Shown: positions 1 through 15,548 of the stretch, in pieces | Numbering within the stretch: position 1 is the stretch's first letter | How the letters are laid out: every line of letters begins with the position of its first letter | DNA from: Macrostomum lignano | Lineage: Eukaryota | DNA: 64,000 nucleotides | Direction of reading: 5' to 3' | Assembly (NCBI GenBank): GCA_002269645.1 | Contig: NIVC01000124.1 | Span: 248,001 to 312,000, forward strand | Translations under genes and position numbers: made by a program | Notes under the pieces: generated by a model | Told to the model about the DNA's origin: nothing | Seen by the model: only the letters and a program-made list of their open reading frames with translations | The model's database searches: none

Positions 1-110
1 GAGTGACAGTGAGTGTAATAGAGTGATTGTGAGTGGGATAGAGTGACTGTGAGTGTGATAGAGTGACTGTGAGTGTGATGGAGTGACAGTGAGAGTGATA
101 GAGTGAGTGT
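1..110. repeat. 18-bp minisatellite (gagtgtgatggagtgact), tail of an array
   Basis: Direct inspection. Confidence 0.9.
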
Positions 111-410
111 AAGTATGAGAGACAGACAATGAGTCGTACAGAGTGACAGTGCTAGGGTGAGAGTGACAGTGAAATAGAGGGAGACTGACAAAATGAGACA
201 ATATTATGGTGAGGCAGTAAGAAATTAAATCAACACTACTTTTATTTGTATGGCAATTTTCAGTTCCAGATTTAATAACGTTATCCGACTAGAAAAATAA
301 TTCTTTAGTTGTACTTTTAAGTTTAACAGCAGATTGCGGTATGTAACTTGCGAGTGACAAATTACCAAGCCAGGCTCATTAACCTCCTAAGTCTATAAGG
401 CGGCTTGTGG

Positions 411-1150
411 GGGCGCCTTCTGACTTATTCACTTAATTTGGCGCCTTCTGACTCATTCACTTAATTTGGCCCCCTTTGACTTATTCACTTAATTTGGCGC
501 CTTCTGACTCATTCACCTAATTTGGCGCCTTCTGACTTATTCACTTAATTTGGCGCCTTCTGACTCATTCACTTAATTTGGCGCCTTCTGACTCATTCAC
601 CTAATTTGGCGCCTTCTGACTTATTAACCTAATTTGGCGCCTTCTGACTTATTCACTTAATTTGGCGCCTTCTGACTCATTCACTTAATTTGGCGCCTTC
701 TGACTTATTCACTTAATTTGGCGCCTTGTGACTCATTCACTTAATTTGGCGCCTTCTGACTTATTCACTTAATTTGGCGCCTTCTGACTTATTCACTTAA
801 TTTGGCGCCTTCTGACTCATTCACTTAATTTGGCGCCTTCTGACTCATTCACTTAATTTGACGCCTTCTGATACATTCACCTAATTTGGCGCCTTCTGAC
901 TCGTTCACCTAATTTGGCGCCTTCTGACTCATTCACCTAATTTGGCGCCTTCTGACTTATTCCCTTAATTTGGCGCCTTCTGCCTCATTCACCTCATTTG
1001 GCGCCTTCTGACTTATTCACTTAATTTGGCGCCTTTTGACTTATTCCCTTAATTTGGCGCCTTCTGACTCATTCACCTCATTTGGCGCCTTCTGATGCAT
1101 TCACTTAATTTGGCGCCTTGTGACTCATTCACTTAATTTGGCGCCTTGTG
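411..1150. repeat. 28-bp minisatellite (ggcgccttctgacttattcacttaattt)
   Basis: Tandem units with no spacers. Confidence 0.95.
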
Positions 1151-1660
1151 ATGCAACCATGTCGCCTCCTGACACCAATCTTGGCGCCTCCAGTTAAACG
1201 ACCGAGTTTGTTGAGTTCCCAATTCGCTAGCCGCATCCACCCCCAAGAATTCCTGACCAATGGGAACTGTGCTAGGCAGTATTTTCTAAGGCTTAATACC
1301 CTCACAGTAGTGTATAAAATATGCTAAAAAATTCCAATAGGAATTTTGTCCTCTTCGCCGCGTTCTTTTCTCATTTAAAATGCTCAAATAAACAAATAAT
1401 TCACGCGAGGTTCGATTTTAAACGAAAACTACAGCTCAAACTATGGAAGGTGTAAAATTAACCCGATCCAAGTCGCTGCCCGATTCGAGACTATTCGAAG
1501 CTTTGGTTCGAAAATTTTCCAGGTGAGCCATGTTGCCCCCCCCCCTAATCTCACCTCATTAGCACCTGTTTAATGAATGTATCCTGAGCAGTAATGCTCA
1601 GTAATGATGCTTAGTACAGAAATGTTGTCGAATCCAGACTTGGGAATACTTTGTCAACTG

Positions 1661-2005
1661 GGGATCTGGTAGGCTGGCCCAGCAACTGAGGATCTGGGAG
1701 GCTGGCTCAGCAACTGAGGATCTGGGAGCTGGCTCAGCAACTGACACTCTGGGAGGCTGGCCCAGCAACTGAGGATCTGGGAGGCTGGCCCACCAACTGA
1801 GGATCTGGGAAGCTGGCTCAGCAACTGACACTCTGGGAGGCTGGCTCAGCAACTGACACTCTGGGAGGCTGGCTCAGCAACTGACACTCTGGGAGGCTGG
1901 CCCAGCAACTGACACTCTGGGAGGCTGGCCCAGCAACTGAGGATCTGAGAGGCTGGCCCAGCAACTGAGGATCTGGGAGGCTGGCCCAGCAACTGAGGAT
2001 CTGGG
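1661..2005. repeat. 28-bp minisatellite (ggaggctggcccagcaactgaggatctg); second array 3770-4140
   Basis: Direct inspection. Confidence 0.95.
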
Positions 2006-2403
2006 CAGTCCATTCCCAGTGGCTCCTCTGGACGCTTTGGCTTCGATATTACCAATCTATTAATATTTCTGGGTGTCAGGACTGGATTAAGAGAGCTGGC
2101 CAGCTTCCAGCGCCCTCTCGGTCTGGGAATGTCTCGATCCCGAACTGTGCAGATGATTTATGGTGCATGTTACAATACGCTGGGGAAAATAGGGATTTCA
2201 ATGCATCTAATACATGTATAAAGATATATATATATATATATTTAGGTCTGCGAAACTGGGAGTTCAAGTCGTCAGATTATGCTTGATAGGATTTCGGGTG
2301 CTCAACTGGTGGATATTTTGTTGCGTCTGATTTTTGAATGTGGTGTCTTTGTTGTCTTAGCAATTGAGGTTGTTGTTGAAATCGAAGTTTTCGTAGTTTT
2401 GAG

Positions 2404-2826
2404 GTTATTGTTGTTGTTGTTGTTGTTGTTGTTGAAATTGAGGTTGTTGTTGTTGTTGTTGCTGCTGTTGTTGTTGAAATTGAGGTTGTTGTTTTTGTTG
2501 TTGCTGCTGTTGTTGTTGAAATTGAGGTTGTTGTTGTTGTTGAAATTGAGGTTGTTGTTGTTGTTGAAATTGAGGTTGTTGTTGTTGTTGAAATTGAGGT
2601 TGTTGTTGTTGTTGAAATTGAGGTTGTTGTTGTTGTTGAAATTGAGGTTGTTGTTGTTGTTGAAATTGAAGTTGTTGTTGTTGTTGTTGTTGTTGAAATT
2701 GAGGTTGCTGTTGTTGTCGTTGTTGTTGCTGTTGTTGAAATTCAGGTTGTTGTTGTTGTTGTTGAAATTCAGGTTGTTGTTGTTGTTGTTGTTGAAATTG
2801 AGGTTGTTGTTGTTGTTGAAATTGAG

Positions 2827-2857
<31 letters not shown>

Positions 2858-2960
2858 TTGTCGTTGTTGTTGCTTTTGTTGTTGAAATTCAGGTTGTTGT
2901 TGTTGTTGTTGTTGAAATTGAGGTTGTTGTTGTTGTTGTTGTTGTTGAAATTGAGGTTGC

Positions 2961-2991
<31 letters not shown>

Positions 2992-3090
2992 GTTGAAATT
3001 CAGGTTGTTGTTGTTGTTGTTGTTGAAATTCAGGTTGTTGTTGTTGTTGTTGTTGAAATTCAGGTTGTTGTTGTTGTTGAACTTGAGGTT
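2404..3090. repeat. (GTT)n microsatellite punctuated by gaaattgag/gaaattcag; homologs 26560-26965, 43322-43480, 61776-62105
   Basis: Direct inspection. Confidence 0.95.
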
Positions 3091-4206
3091 GTCATTGTTA
3101 TTTTTATTGATTTAATTGAGGCTGTTGTTTTTGAAATTGAAGTCGTTGTCGGTGTTGTCGGTGTTGAAATCGAAGTTATTGTTACTGTTGATGAAATTAT
3201 AAGTTCTTTGTTATTGTTATTGTTAAAATTGACGTTGCCGTTGTTTTTTTCAATTTGAAGTTGTACTTTTATTATTGTAAGGGTCATGTACGGCTGAACC
3301 CTTGGCTAACATCAGCGGGCCAAATACAATTTGTCATTAGTACTGTAAGTAACTGTAAGCGCCAGAAACGGCAGGGCAGGAGTAATGGGATCAAAAGCAA
3401 GGAAAGATGCACGTGGAAAAAATGGCATAGCGAAGGTGGACAGCTCGATCGGTTTCCGCAGTATGCCTTATTTATTTTTATTAGCAACACTTGCCGCATA
3501 ATTTCACCGAAATGCTTTCATATTTCTGCTAACTCTGTCTGTCCTTCACCAGCTTTTAGAATGATTTGCCATCTTTCTTTGACGGGAGAAGCATCCTCAT
3601 TGGCCATTCCTTCTAGAAGAAAAAATGCAAAAGCAATTAGCTGCAGATTCCTGCACTCCAGCCGAAATTGCAATACGATTTATCTTTGCCTCGGCATCAA
3701 CTGCTGGCTGCTGCCGCCAAGACTGACGGGTCCTGTGGAGTTTCATCGCTCTTTTGAGTCAAGGAGGGTCTGGGAGCTGCGAGGGTGGCGGCAGCTCAGC
3801 AACTGAGAATCTGGGAGGCTAGCCCAGCAACTGAGGATTTAGGAGGATTGTGGCCCAGCAACTGAAGATTTTGGAGGCTGGCATAGCAACTGAGGATTTA
3901 GGAGGCTTGTGGCCCAGCAACTGAGGATTTAGGAGGCTTGTGGCTCAGCAACTGAGGATCTGGGAGGCTGGCCCAGTAACTGAGGATTTGGGAGGCTGGC
4001 CCAGCAACTGAGGATTTGGGAGACTGGCCCAGCAACCGAGGATTTGGGAGGCTGGCCCAGCAACTGAGGATCTGGGAGGCTAGCCCAGCAACTGAGGATC
4101 TGGGAGGCTGGCCCAGCAACTGATGATCTGGGAGGCTGGTGGCCTAGAAACTGAGAATAATCCAGCGCCCCATCTCCGCCTCTCCAGCATCCCCAGCTCA
4201 GTCGGC

Positions 4207-4629
4207 ATGGCCGGCCGCAGCTGCAGCCTGCAGGACTCGCAGGCCCTCCGTGAGGCCTACTCAAGCAGCGAATGCGACTCAACATCTTCATCCTCATCGA
4301 GCTCTGAGAGCCTCTCCAGCTGCAGCAGCAGCGACTCGGAGGAATCCAACGATTGCTCAGCTTCCTCGAGTGCTTCATCAACGTCTTCATCCTCCTTCGA
4401 AGAATCGGTTCAGGTCGACAACGTGTCGACAGATCGCCGCCCCGACTCCGATCAGTTGAGTTTCATCGATCTGCGAGGCGCCAGGAGGCGCCAAGATCGG
4501 CGCCAAGATCGGCGCCCGCTGAGCGCGCTGTCAGAGGAGTCCACCGAGAGTGGCGACGGCAGCGCTTCGGCGTCAGCGGCAGCGTCAGCAGCAGCTGGGC
4601 CTACAGCTATCGCACTGCCAGTTATATGA
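4207..4629 (+). other. Ser/Ala-rich ORF of unknown nature (copies 29143-29625, 45519-45989, 63589-end)
   Basis: GC-rich island with ATG and 140-160 open codons in all units; no recognisable domain. Confidence 0.25.
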
Positions 4630-4864
4630 TTTACTCAACATATCGGCGCTGGATTATCTAATTATATTGAGAATGGCTATAAGCCTATTCAGTACCTTGT
4701 TTGTTTTTATGTGAGAAAGTCTATCTGCTCAGAGAAATGAGCTACTAAAAGTGCACAAAATGTACTGCACATTCTCTGTTGCTTGATGAGAACAATGCGT
4801 ATGGCTGATAAAAAATCTGTAAAGTCTGAAGTGTGATGTCCAACACGAGGAAAAAAGGAGGAAG

Positions 4865-5910
4865 AATGATGTGTCAGATTATGAAAAGAATGATGTGTCA
4901 GATTAATGAAGAATGATGTGTCAGATTATGGAAAGAATGATGTGTCAGATTATGGAAAGAATGATGTGTCAGATTAGTGAAGAATGATGTGTCAGATTAT
5001 GGAAAGAATGATGTGTCAGATTATGGAAAGAATGATGTGTCAGATTAGGCATGAATGATGTGTCAGATTATGGAAAGAATGATGTGTCAGATTAGTGAAG
5101 AATGATGTGTCAGATTATGGAAAGAATGATGTGTCAGATTATGGAAAGAATGATGTGTCAGATTATGGAAAGAATGATGTGTCAGATTAGTAAAGAATGA
5201 TGTGTCAGATTATGGAAAGAACGATGTGTCAGATTATGAAAGAGTGATGTGTCAGATTATGGAAAGAATGATGTGTCAGATTATGGAAAGAATGATGTGT
5301 CAGATTATGAAAGAGTGATGTGTCAGATTATGGAAAGAATGATGTGTCAGATTATGAAAGAGTGATGTGTCAGATTATGGAAAGAGTGATGTGTCAGATT
5401 ATGGAAAGAATGATGTGTCAGATTATGGAAAGAATGATGTGTCAGATTATGGAAAGAATGATGTGTCAGATTATGAAAGAGTGATGTGTCAGATTATGAA
5501 AGAGTGATGTGTCAGATTATGAAAGAGTGATGTGTCAGATTATGGAAAGAATGATGTGTCAGATTATGAAAGAGTGATGTGTCAGATTATGGAAAGAATG
5601 ATGTGTCAGATTATGGAAAGAATGATGTGTCAGATTATGGAAGAATGATGTGTCAGATTATGAAAGAGTGATGTCTCAGATTATGAAAGAGTGATGTGTC
5701 AGATTATGAAAGAGTGATGTGTCAGATTATGAAAGAGTGATGTGTCAGATTATGAAAGAGTGATGTGTCAGATTATGAAAGAGTGATGTGTCAGATTATG
5801 GAAAGAATGATGTGTCAGATTATGAAAGAGTGATGTGTCAGATTATGAAAGAGTGATGTGTCAGATTATGAAAAGAATGATGTGTCAGATTATGAAAGAG
5901 TGATGTGTCA
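4865..5910. repeat. 23/24-bp minisatellite (gatgtgtcagattatggaaagaat)
   Basis: Direct inspection. Confidence 0.95.
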
Positions 5911-6733
5911 AGCTAGTAAAGTGTCAGCAAATTGAGGGGTTCATCATGAATCAATGTACTTACAAACGGTCTATCCGAAAATTCTAAAGACCTTCTACAT
6001 TTCTGAGGATCAGTCATTCGAGTAAAAATGTGTTTAGTACTATTCCAAACAGAAAGTTCTACAAGATCCCCCTGTAGTCAATCAATGCCTTAAGTCAGGC
6101 CAAAGCAGTGCTTAAGACCCTAAAAGTACTCTTGTGCTTGCTCAGCTCGCGTGAAAATTTCATAACGAGTTGGTTCTTCAACTCTCATTAGAGACACTCG
6201 GTTATATGAGTAGGATGCGATCAATAGGGCGCAATGTACTACTTTATTCAATGAGTAGTACAGAAGCTTTTACATCGTATTATATATTTGGTTTCTGATT
6301 ACAATAGTGCGGTTGTGAAGTACGCGAAATATATCGGAATTCCGTTGTGAAGAGGTCCACATATTACAGTTTAGATTTTGATTAAACTAAGGGCGAACTA
6401 GATCAAGAGGTGTCGGGCAGGGACAGAAATGTCGTTGGTGTCAGAAGGCGCTGAAATTTAGTGTCAAATTTTGGCACTGATATCTGGGTTGATTGCGCGC
6501 CAAATGATGTGTCAATTGGGCGTCAGAAGGGCACTGAGTTTATTGCCAGGAGGGGCCTGTAAATTTGTGTCAGGATGGGCGCTAAAATAAGTGTCAGGAT
6601 GGCGCCAAATTTGATTTTTGCAGGGCTTGTTCATACTCATTAAGGAATTTTATCCTTACACAACATTCACTCCTTTACTGATGAAATAACACGAGTTTAT
6701 AAGGTCAACTGGAAGGCGTCAGAAGTCCGTCGA

Positions 6734-11499
<4,766 letters not shown>

Positions 11500-11644
11500 T
11501 ACCTTCACTTTGAGAGGCAAATTTCACACACGAGTAAGAGATTTTCTGTTCCAACAACGCCATAATAGTTGGCTTTTAATTTCTGCGAATTTAGATAAAC
11601 CTGGAAGGTTTTTGCTCGCAGCAGGCTATCTTGTACAATCAGAC

Positions 11645-11650
11645 CACGTG
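11645..11650. promoter_or_regulatory. E-box CACGTG (GTCACGTG on minus strand) about 145 bp upstream of the ACE-A ATG; also 36306 and 53744
   Basis: Motif match and position only; conservation is uninformative because units are near-identical. Confidence 0.2.
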
Positions 11651-11716
11651 ACTTGATTGCAGTGCGGCCTGAGGGTTACTGTGCAGCGTGCAGCCAAACT
11701 GCTAAGCCATTTGGAA

Positions 11717-11771
11717 TCAGTCAGTCATTCAGTCAGTCAGTCAGTCAGTCAGTCAGTCAGTCAGTCACTCA

Positions 11772-11807
<36 letters not shown>

Positions 11808-12520
11808 AGTCAGTCAGTCAGTCAGTCAGTCAGTCAGTCAGTCAGTCAGTCAGTCAGTCAGTCAGTCAGTCAGTCAGTCAGTCAGTCAGTCAGTCAGTCA
11901 CTCACTCACTCACTCACTCACTCACTCAAGTCAGTCGGTCAGTCAGTCAGTCAGTCAGTCAGTCAGTCAGTCAGTCAGCCATTCAGTCAGTCAGTCAGTC
12001 AGTCAGTCAGTCAGTCAGTCAGTCAGTCAGTCAGTCAGTCAGTCAGTCAGTCAGTCAGTCAGCCAGTCGGTCAGTCAGTCAGTCAGTCAGTCAGTCAGTC
12101 AGTCAGTCAGTCAGTCAGTCAGTCAGTCAGTCAGTCAGTCAGTCAGACAGTCAGTCAGTCAGTCAGACAGTCAGTCAGACAGTCAGTCAGTCAGTCAGTC
12201 AGTCAGTCAGTCAGTCAGTCAGACAGTCAGTCAGTCAGTCAGTCAGTCAGTCAGTCAGTCAGTCAGTCAGTCAGTCAGTCAGTCAGTCAGTCAGTCAGTC
12301 AGTCAGTCAGTCAGTCAGTCAGTCAGTCAGTCAGTCAGTCAGTCAGTCAGCCAGTCAGCCAGTCAGTCAGTCAGACAAGTCAGTCAGTCAGTCAGTCAGA
12401 CAGTCAGTCAGTCAGTCAGTCAGTCAGTCAGACAGTCAGTCAGACAGTCAGTCAGTCAGTCAGTCAGACAGTCAGTCAGTCAGTCAGACAGTCAGTCAGT
12501 CAGTCAGTCAGTCAGTCAGT
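11717..12520. repeat. (TCAG)n between the divergent ACE-A and ACE-B starts; homologs 36385-36605, 53816-54390
   Basis: Direct inspection. Confidence 0.97.
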
Positions 12521-12928
12521 TCATGAATCCATCAGAGAAATTCGGTGAAAGCTGATGCGGCACAAATATCCTCAATCCTATTTATTTACTTCATCATGGA
12601 GGCTGAACAGGCCATCAGGCTCCCGAATAGACCGCCAGTTTTCGGTCAGGAATGCATAACAGTTTTACAACTGCGCAAGTGAACTGCTGGGCCACTCCGA
12701 GCTGTTAGAGGCAGGTGTGAGTGGCGCATCAGGTTAATTGCTGCATGGGGGTTGGGGGCTGATTGCCAAACACATCTTCTTCAGCTCTTCATCTGGGAGG
12801 TGGTGTCCCAACTGCAAATGGAAAACGCAGAAAGCCCCCAACAAAATGCCAAGAAGATAAAAAGGCAAAGTTTGAAAAATCAAGCAGAACAAGGGCTGTT
12901 TTGACCTGAATATCCCCTACACAAAAGC

Positions 12929-14509
12929 ATGCATTTTTTCACTCCAATATGCCTGCTTTTGTTGGCTTCCACTGCTCTGTGCGGTCGCAGCAGAAATGAA
13001 ACCGAAGCCAGAATTTGGCTGAAAGATTTCACTGAGATTTACAGGAAATATCTGACAGCAATGCACGAAGCAGCTTGGACTGCTCAAGTAGGCTTGAGTC
13101 CTGGCAACCAGAGTGAGAAGGCCGAGAATTTGACGGATTACGGAGAATTCCGCCGCATGAAGCGATTAGAAATGGATAAGCTGTTTGATTGGCGCAATTT
13201 TCGGAATGAAACCTTGAGACGATTGTTCTCCAAGGCGGCCGACATTGGCTTCTCTGTTCTGAACGATACGGAAAAACGAACGCTCGTGAGATCTCAGACT
13301 GTCATAAATCGTGTTGAAATTCCCGAGATTCCCTGCCCAAGATTCCCCTCTTAAGATTCCCTTCCCGAGATTCAATACCAGAGATTCCCCTTCCCGAGAT
13401 TCCCCTTCCTGAGATTCCCCTTCCCGAGATTCCCCTTCCCGAGATTCCCCTTCCCAAGATTCCCCTTCCCGAGATTCCCCTTCCCGAGATTCTCTTTCCC
13501 GAGATTCTCTTTCCCGAGATTTTCTTCCTGAGATTCTCTACCCAAGATTCCTCTCCCAAGATTCCTTACCAGAAATTCCCCTTTCTAAGATCCCTTAATG
13601 GAGATTCCCTACTCGAGATTCCCCTTCCCGAGATTCACCTTCCCGAGATTCCCCTTCTCGAGATTCTCCTTCCCAAGATTCCCCTTCCCGAGATTCCCCT
13701 TCCCGAGATTCTCTTTCCCGAGATTCTCTTTCCCGAGATTTTCTTCCTGAGATTCTCTACCCAAGATTCCTCTCCCAAGATTCCTTACCAGAAATTCCCC
13801 TTTCTAAGATCCCTTAATGGAGATTCCCTACTCGAGATTCCCCTTCCCGAGATTCACCTTCCCGAGATTCCCCTTCCCGAGATTCTCCTTCTTGAGATTC
13901 CCCTTTCCAAGATTCTCTTTCCCGAGATTCCCCTTCCCGAGATTCACCTTCCCGAGATTCCCCTTCCCGAGATTCACCTTCCCGAGATTCCCCTTTCCAA
14001 GATTCTCTATCTCGAGATTCTTTTCCCAAGATTCTCTTCCCGAGGTTCCCTACCCAAGATTCCCCTCCAAGATTCTCTTCCCGAGAATTTCTTCCTTAGA
14101 TTCCTTTCCTGAGATTCCCTACGCCAGATTCCCTACCCGAGATTCCCTATTAGAAATTCCCCTTTCCGAAATTCCCTTAATGGAGATTCCCTAATTGAGA
14201 TTCCCCTTCTCGAGATTCCCCTACTCGAGATTCCCCTTCCCGAGATTCCCCCTCCCGAGATTCCCCTTCCCGAGATTCCCCCTCCCGAGATTCACCTTCC
14301 CGAGATTTCCCCTCCCGAGATTCCCCTTCCCGAGATTCCCTCTCCCGAGATTCCCCTTCCCGAGATTCCTTTTCTTCCACCATTCCTATCAAAGCCGGTC
14401 AACCGCACGCATTTTCAGCGCAACAAGCTGATCTCCCAAATGTCAAATGTCTACCGATTGGCGACAGTTGAAGATCCAATCACGAAGCAAGAGATTCCTT
14501 ATTCACCTA
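12929..14509 (+). pseudogene. ACE-B1: truncated ACE paralog, head-to-head with ACE-A1; exon 1 12929-13285, exon 2 14419-14509
   Basis: Exon 1 (MHFFTPICLLLLAST...DKLFDWRNFRNETLRRLFSKAADIG...EKRTL|gtgag) aligns with ACE-A exon 1 ([22 protein letters not shown]). The 91-nt phase 0/1 exon 2 ([30 protein letters not shown]) matches ACE-A exon 2 in size, phase and motif. No catalytic exons found downstream. Confidence 0.8.
13320..14370. repeat. 15-bp minisatellite (gagattccccttccc) in ACE-B intron 1; homologs 36778-37462, 55208-56558
   Basis: Direct inspection. Confidence 0.95.
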
Positions 14510-14518
14510 GTAAGATAC

Positions 14519-14687
14519 TGTAAGATGGTTTGCTTAGTTGATTGCGTGTGCGCACGTTCACTAGCTCTTATGTACATTTGCTCGCTGTACAATGATAATA
14601 TATAAATGAATGCCTTGGCGCCCTGGGCAGCCAAGAGTCGGTCTACGCCTTAATTAAGCCAATTTCTCGTTTTCGCTTGTTCTTACA
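14519..14687 (+). repeat. 5' LTR (169 bp)
   Basis: tgtaaga...tcttaca; differs from the 3' LTR by one substitution and a 4-bp indel. Confidence 0.96.
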
Positions 14688-14688
14688 T

Positions 14689-14700
14689 TGGTGGCAGCGG
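14689..14700 (+). promoter_or_regulatory. Primer-binding site, tRNA-Leu-type (TGGTGGCAGCGG)
   Basis: Starts 1 nt after the LTR; complementary to the ...CCGCUGCCACCA 3' end known from metazoan tRNA-Leu(AAG/UAG). Confidence 0.8.
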
Positions 14701-14705
14701 CGGCT

Positions 14706-15548
14706 ATGACTGAAAATGAAGGCAGTGCAGAGAGCCCTACAGTGGCGGTGACTCAGCCCCAAGCTAGTTTTGTCAACATGTTTTTGCGGCCGCCTCAATA
14801 CCAGCATGGACAAGACTTTGAACTTTGGCTGGCACGATTCAACAATTTCGCATCATCTCTTCCTGTCGATCAGCGCAAGAATGCTCTGCTGTCATTCCTC
14901 GACGACAAATCATATCAAGCGGCCAACAATTTAGATGCTTCCCTGTCCTACGACGACTTTGAGAAGGCTCTGAAAAATCGATTTCGGCCATCAACATCCT
15001 CTGCTGAGCTGCAGGCGCAGTTCTTCAATCTGACTCAAAAGGACGGTCAGTCGGTTGCAGACTATTCCGATGCCCTGATCGTTGCGGCAAAGCGTGCGTT
15101 CCCGAGTCTGATGGAGACGAAAGCAGGTGCCGAGCAGGAGACGTCGGTGACAGCGAAGGACGAGCTTCTCAAAGGTCGGTTTCTATCCGGATTGAGGGAC
15201 CCAGCTGTGCGAATGCAGACGCAGATGCAGGCAAAGGCGACATTCGCTGATACAGTTGAAACAGCGCGATTCGTGGAATCGATACAGTCGCAAGGAGGCA
15301 CTGCTACGGCTCTAGCTGCTGAGGTTCCCGAAGCCTTTGCAGTCGGAATTCAACGGTCCCTGAAGGAGCTGTCCAACAAGCTCAGCCGCTGGGAGTCAAA
15401 GGACCAGGATCATCGTCAGAGCGGCGACAGACGCAGAGTTGTGACATGCTGGAAGTGCGGTAAGCCGGGCCATGTTCAAAGATTTTGCACTCAGAAGTCG
15501 GGAAACTTCGATGGAGCGGCGACCGCCGGGGTGCCGTTCCGCAAGTGA
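14706..15548 (+). CDS. gag: Gag (280 aa) with CCHC zinc knuckle
   Basis: ATG at 14706; CWKCGKPGHVQRFC; capsid-like LQAQFFNLTQKDGQSVADY. Confidence 0.92.
   Translation: MTENEGSAESPTVAVTQPQASFVNMFLRPPQYQHGQDFELWLARFNNFASSLPVDQRKNALLSFLDDKSYQAANNLDASLSYDDFEKALKNRFRPSTSSAELQAQFFNLTQKDGQSVADYSDALIVAAKRAFPSLMETKAGAEQETSVTAKDELLKGRFLSGLRDPAVRMQTQMQAKATFADTVETARFVESIQSQGGTATALAAEVPEAFAVGIQRSLKELSNKLSRWESKDQDHRQSGDRRRVVTCWKCGKPGHVQRFCTQKSGNFDGAATAGVPFRK

Noticed and set aside
411-1150. CRISPR-like 28-bp repeats (also the 22-, 24- and 26-bp arrays)
   Set aside because: Monomers are directly adjacent with no unique spacers, there are no cas genes, and the context is eukaryotic.
2050-2140. Minus-frame RGRWKLASSL resembling the post-endonuclease WKLN motif of LINEs
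   Set aside because: Too short, flanked by stops, and no other LINE motifs nearby.
2279-3115. Poly-Leu ORF (278 aa) present in all four units
   Set aside because: Expected by-product of a stop-free (GTT)n tract; length varies from 102 to 278 aa and there is no domain.
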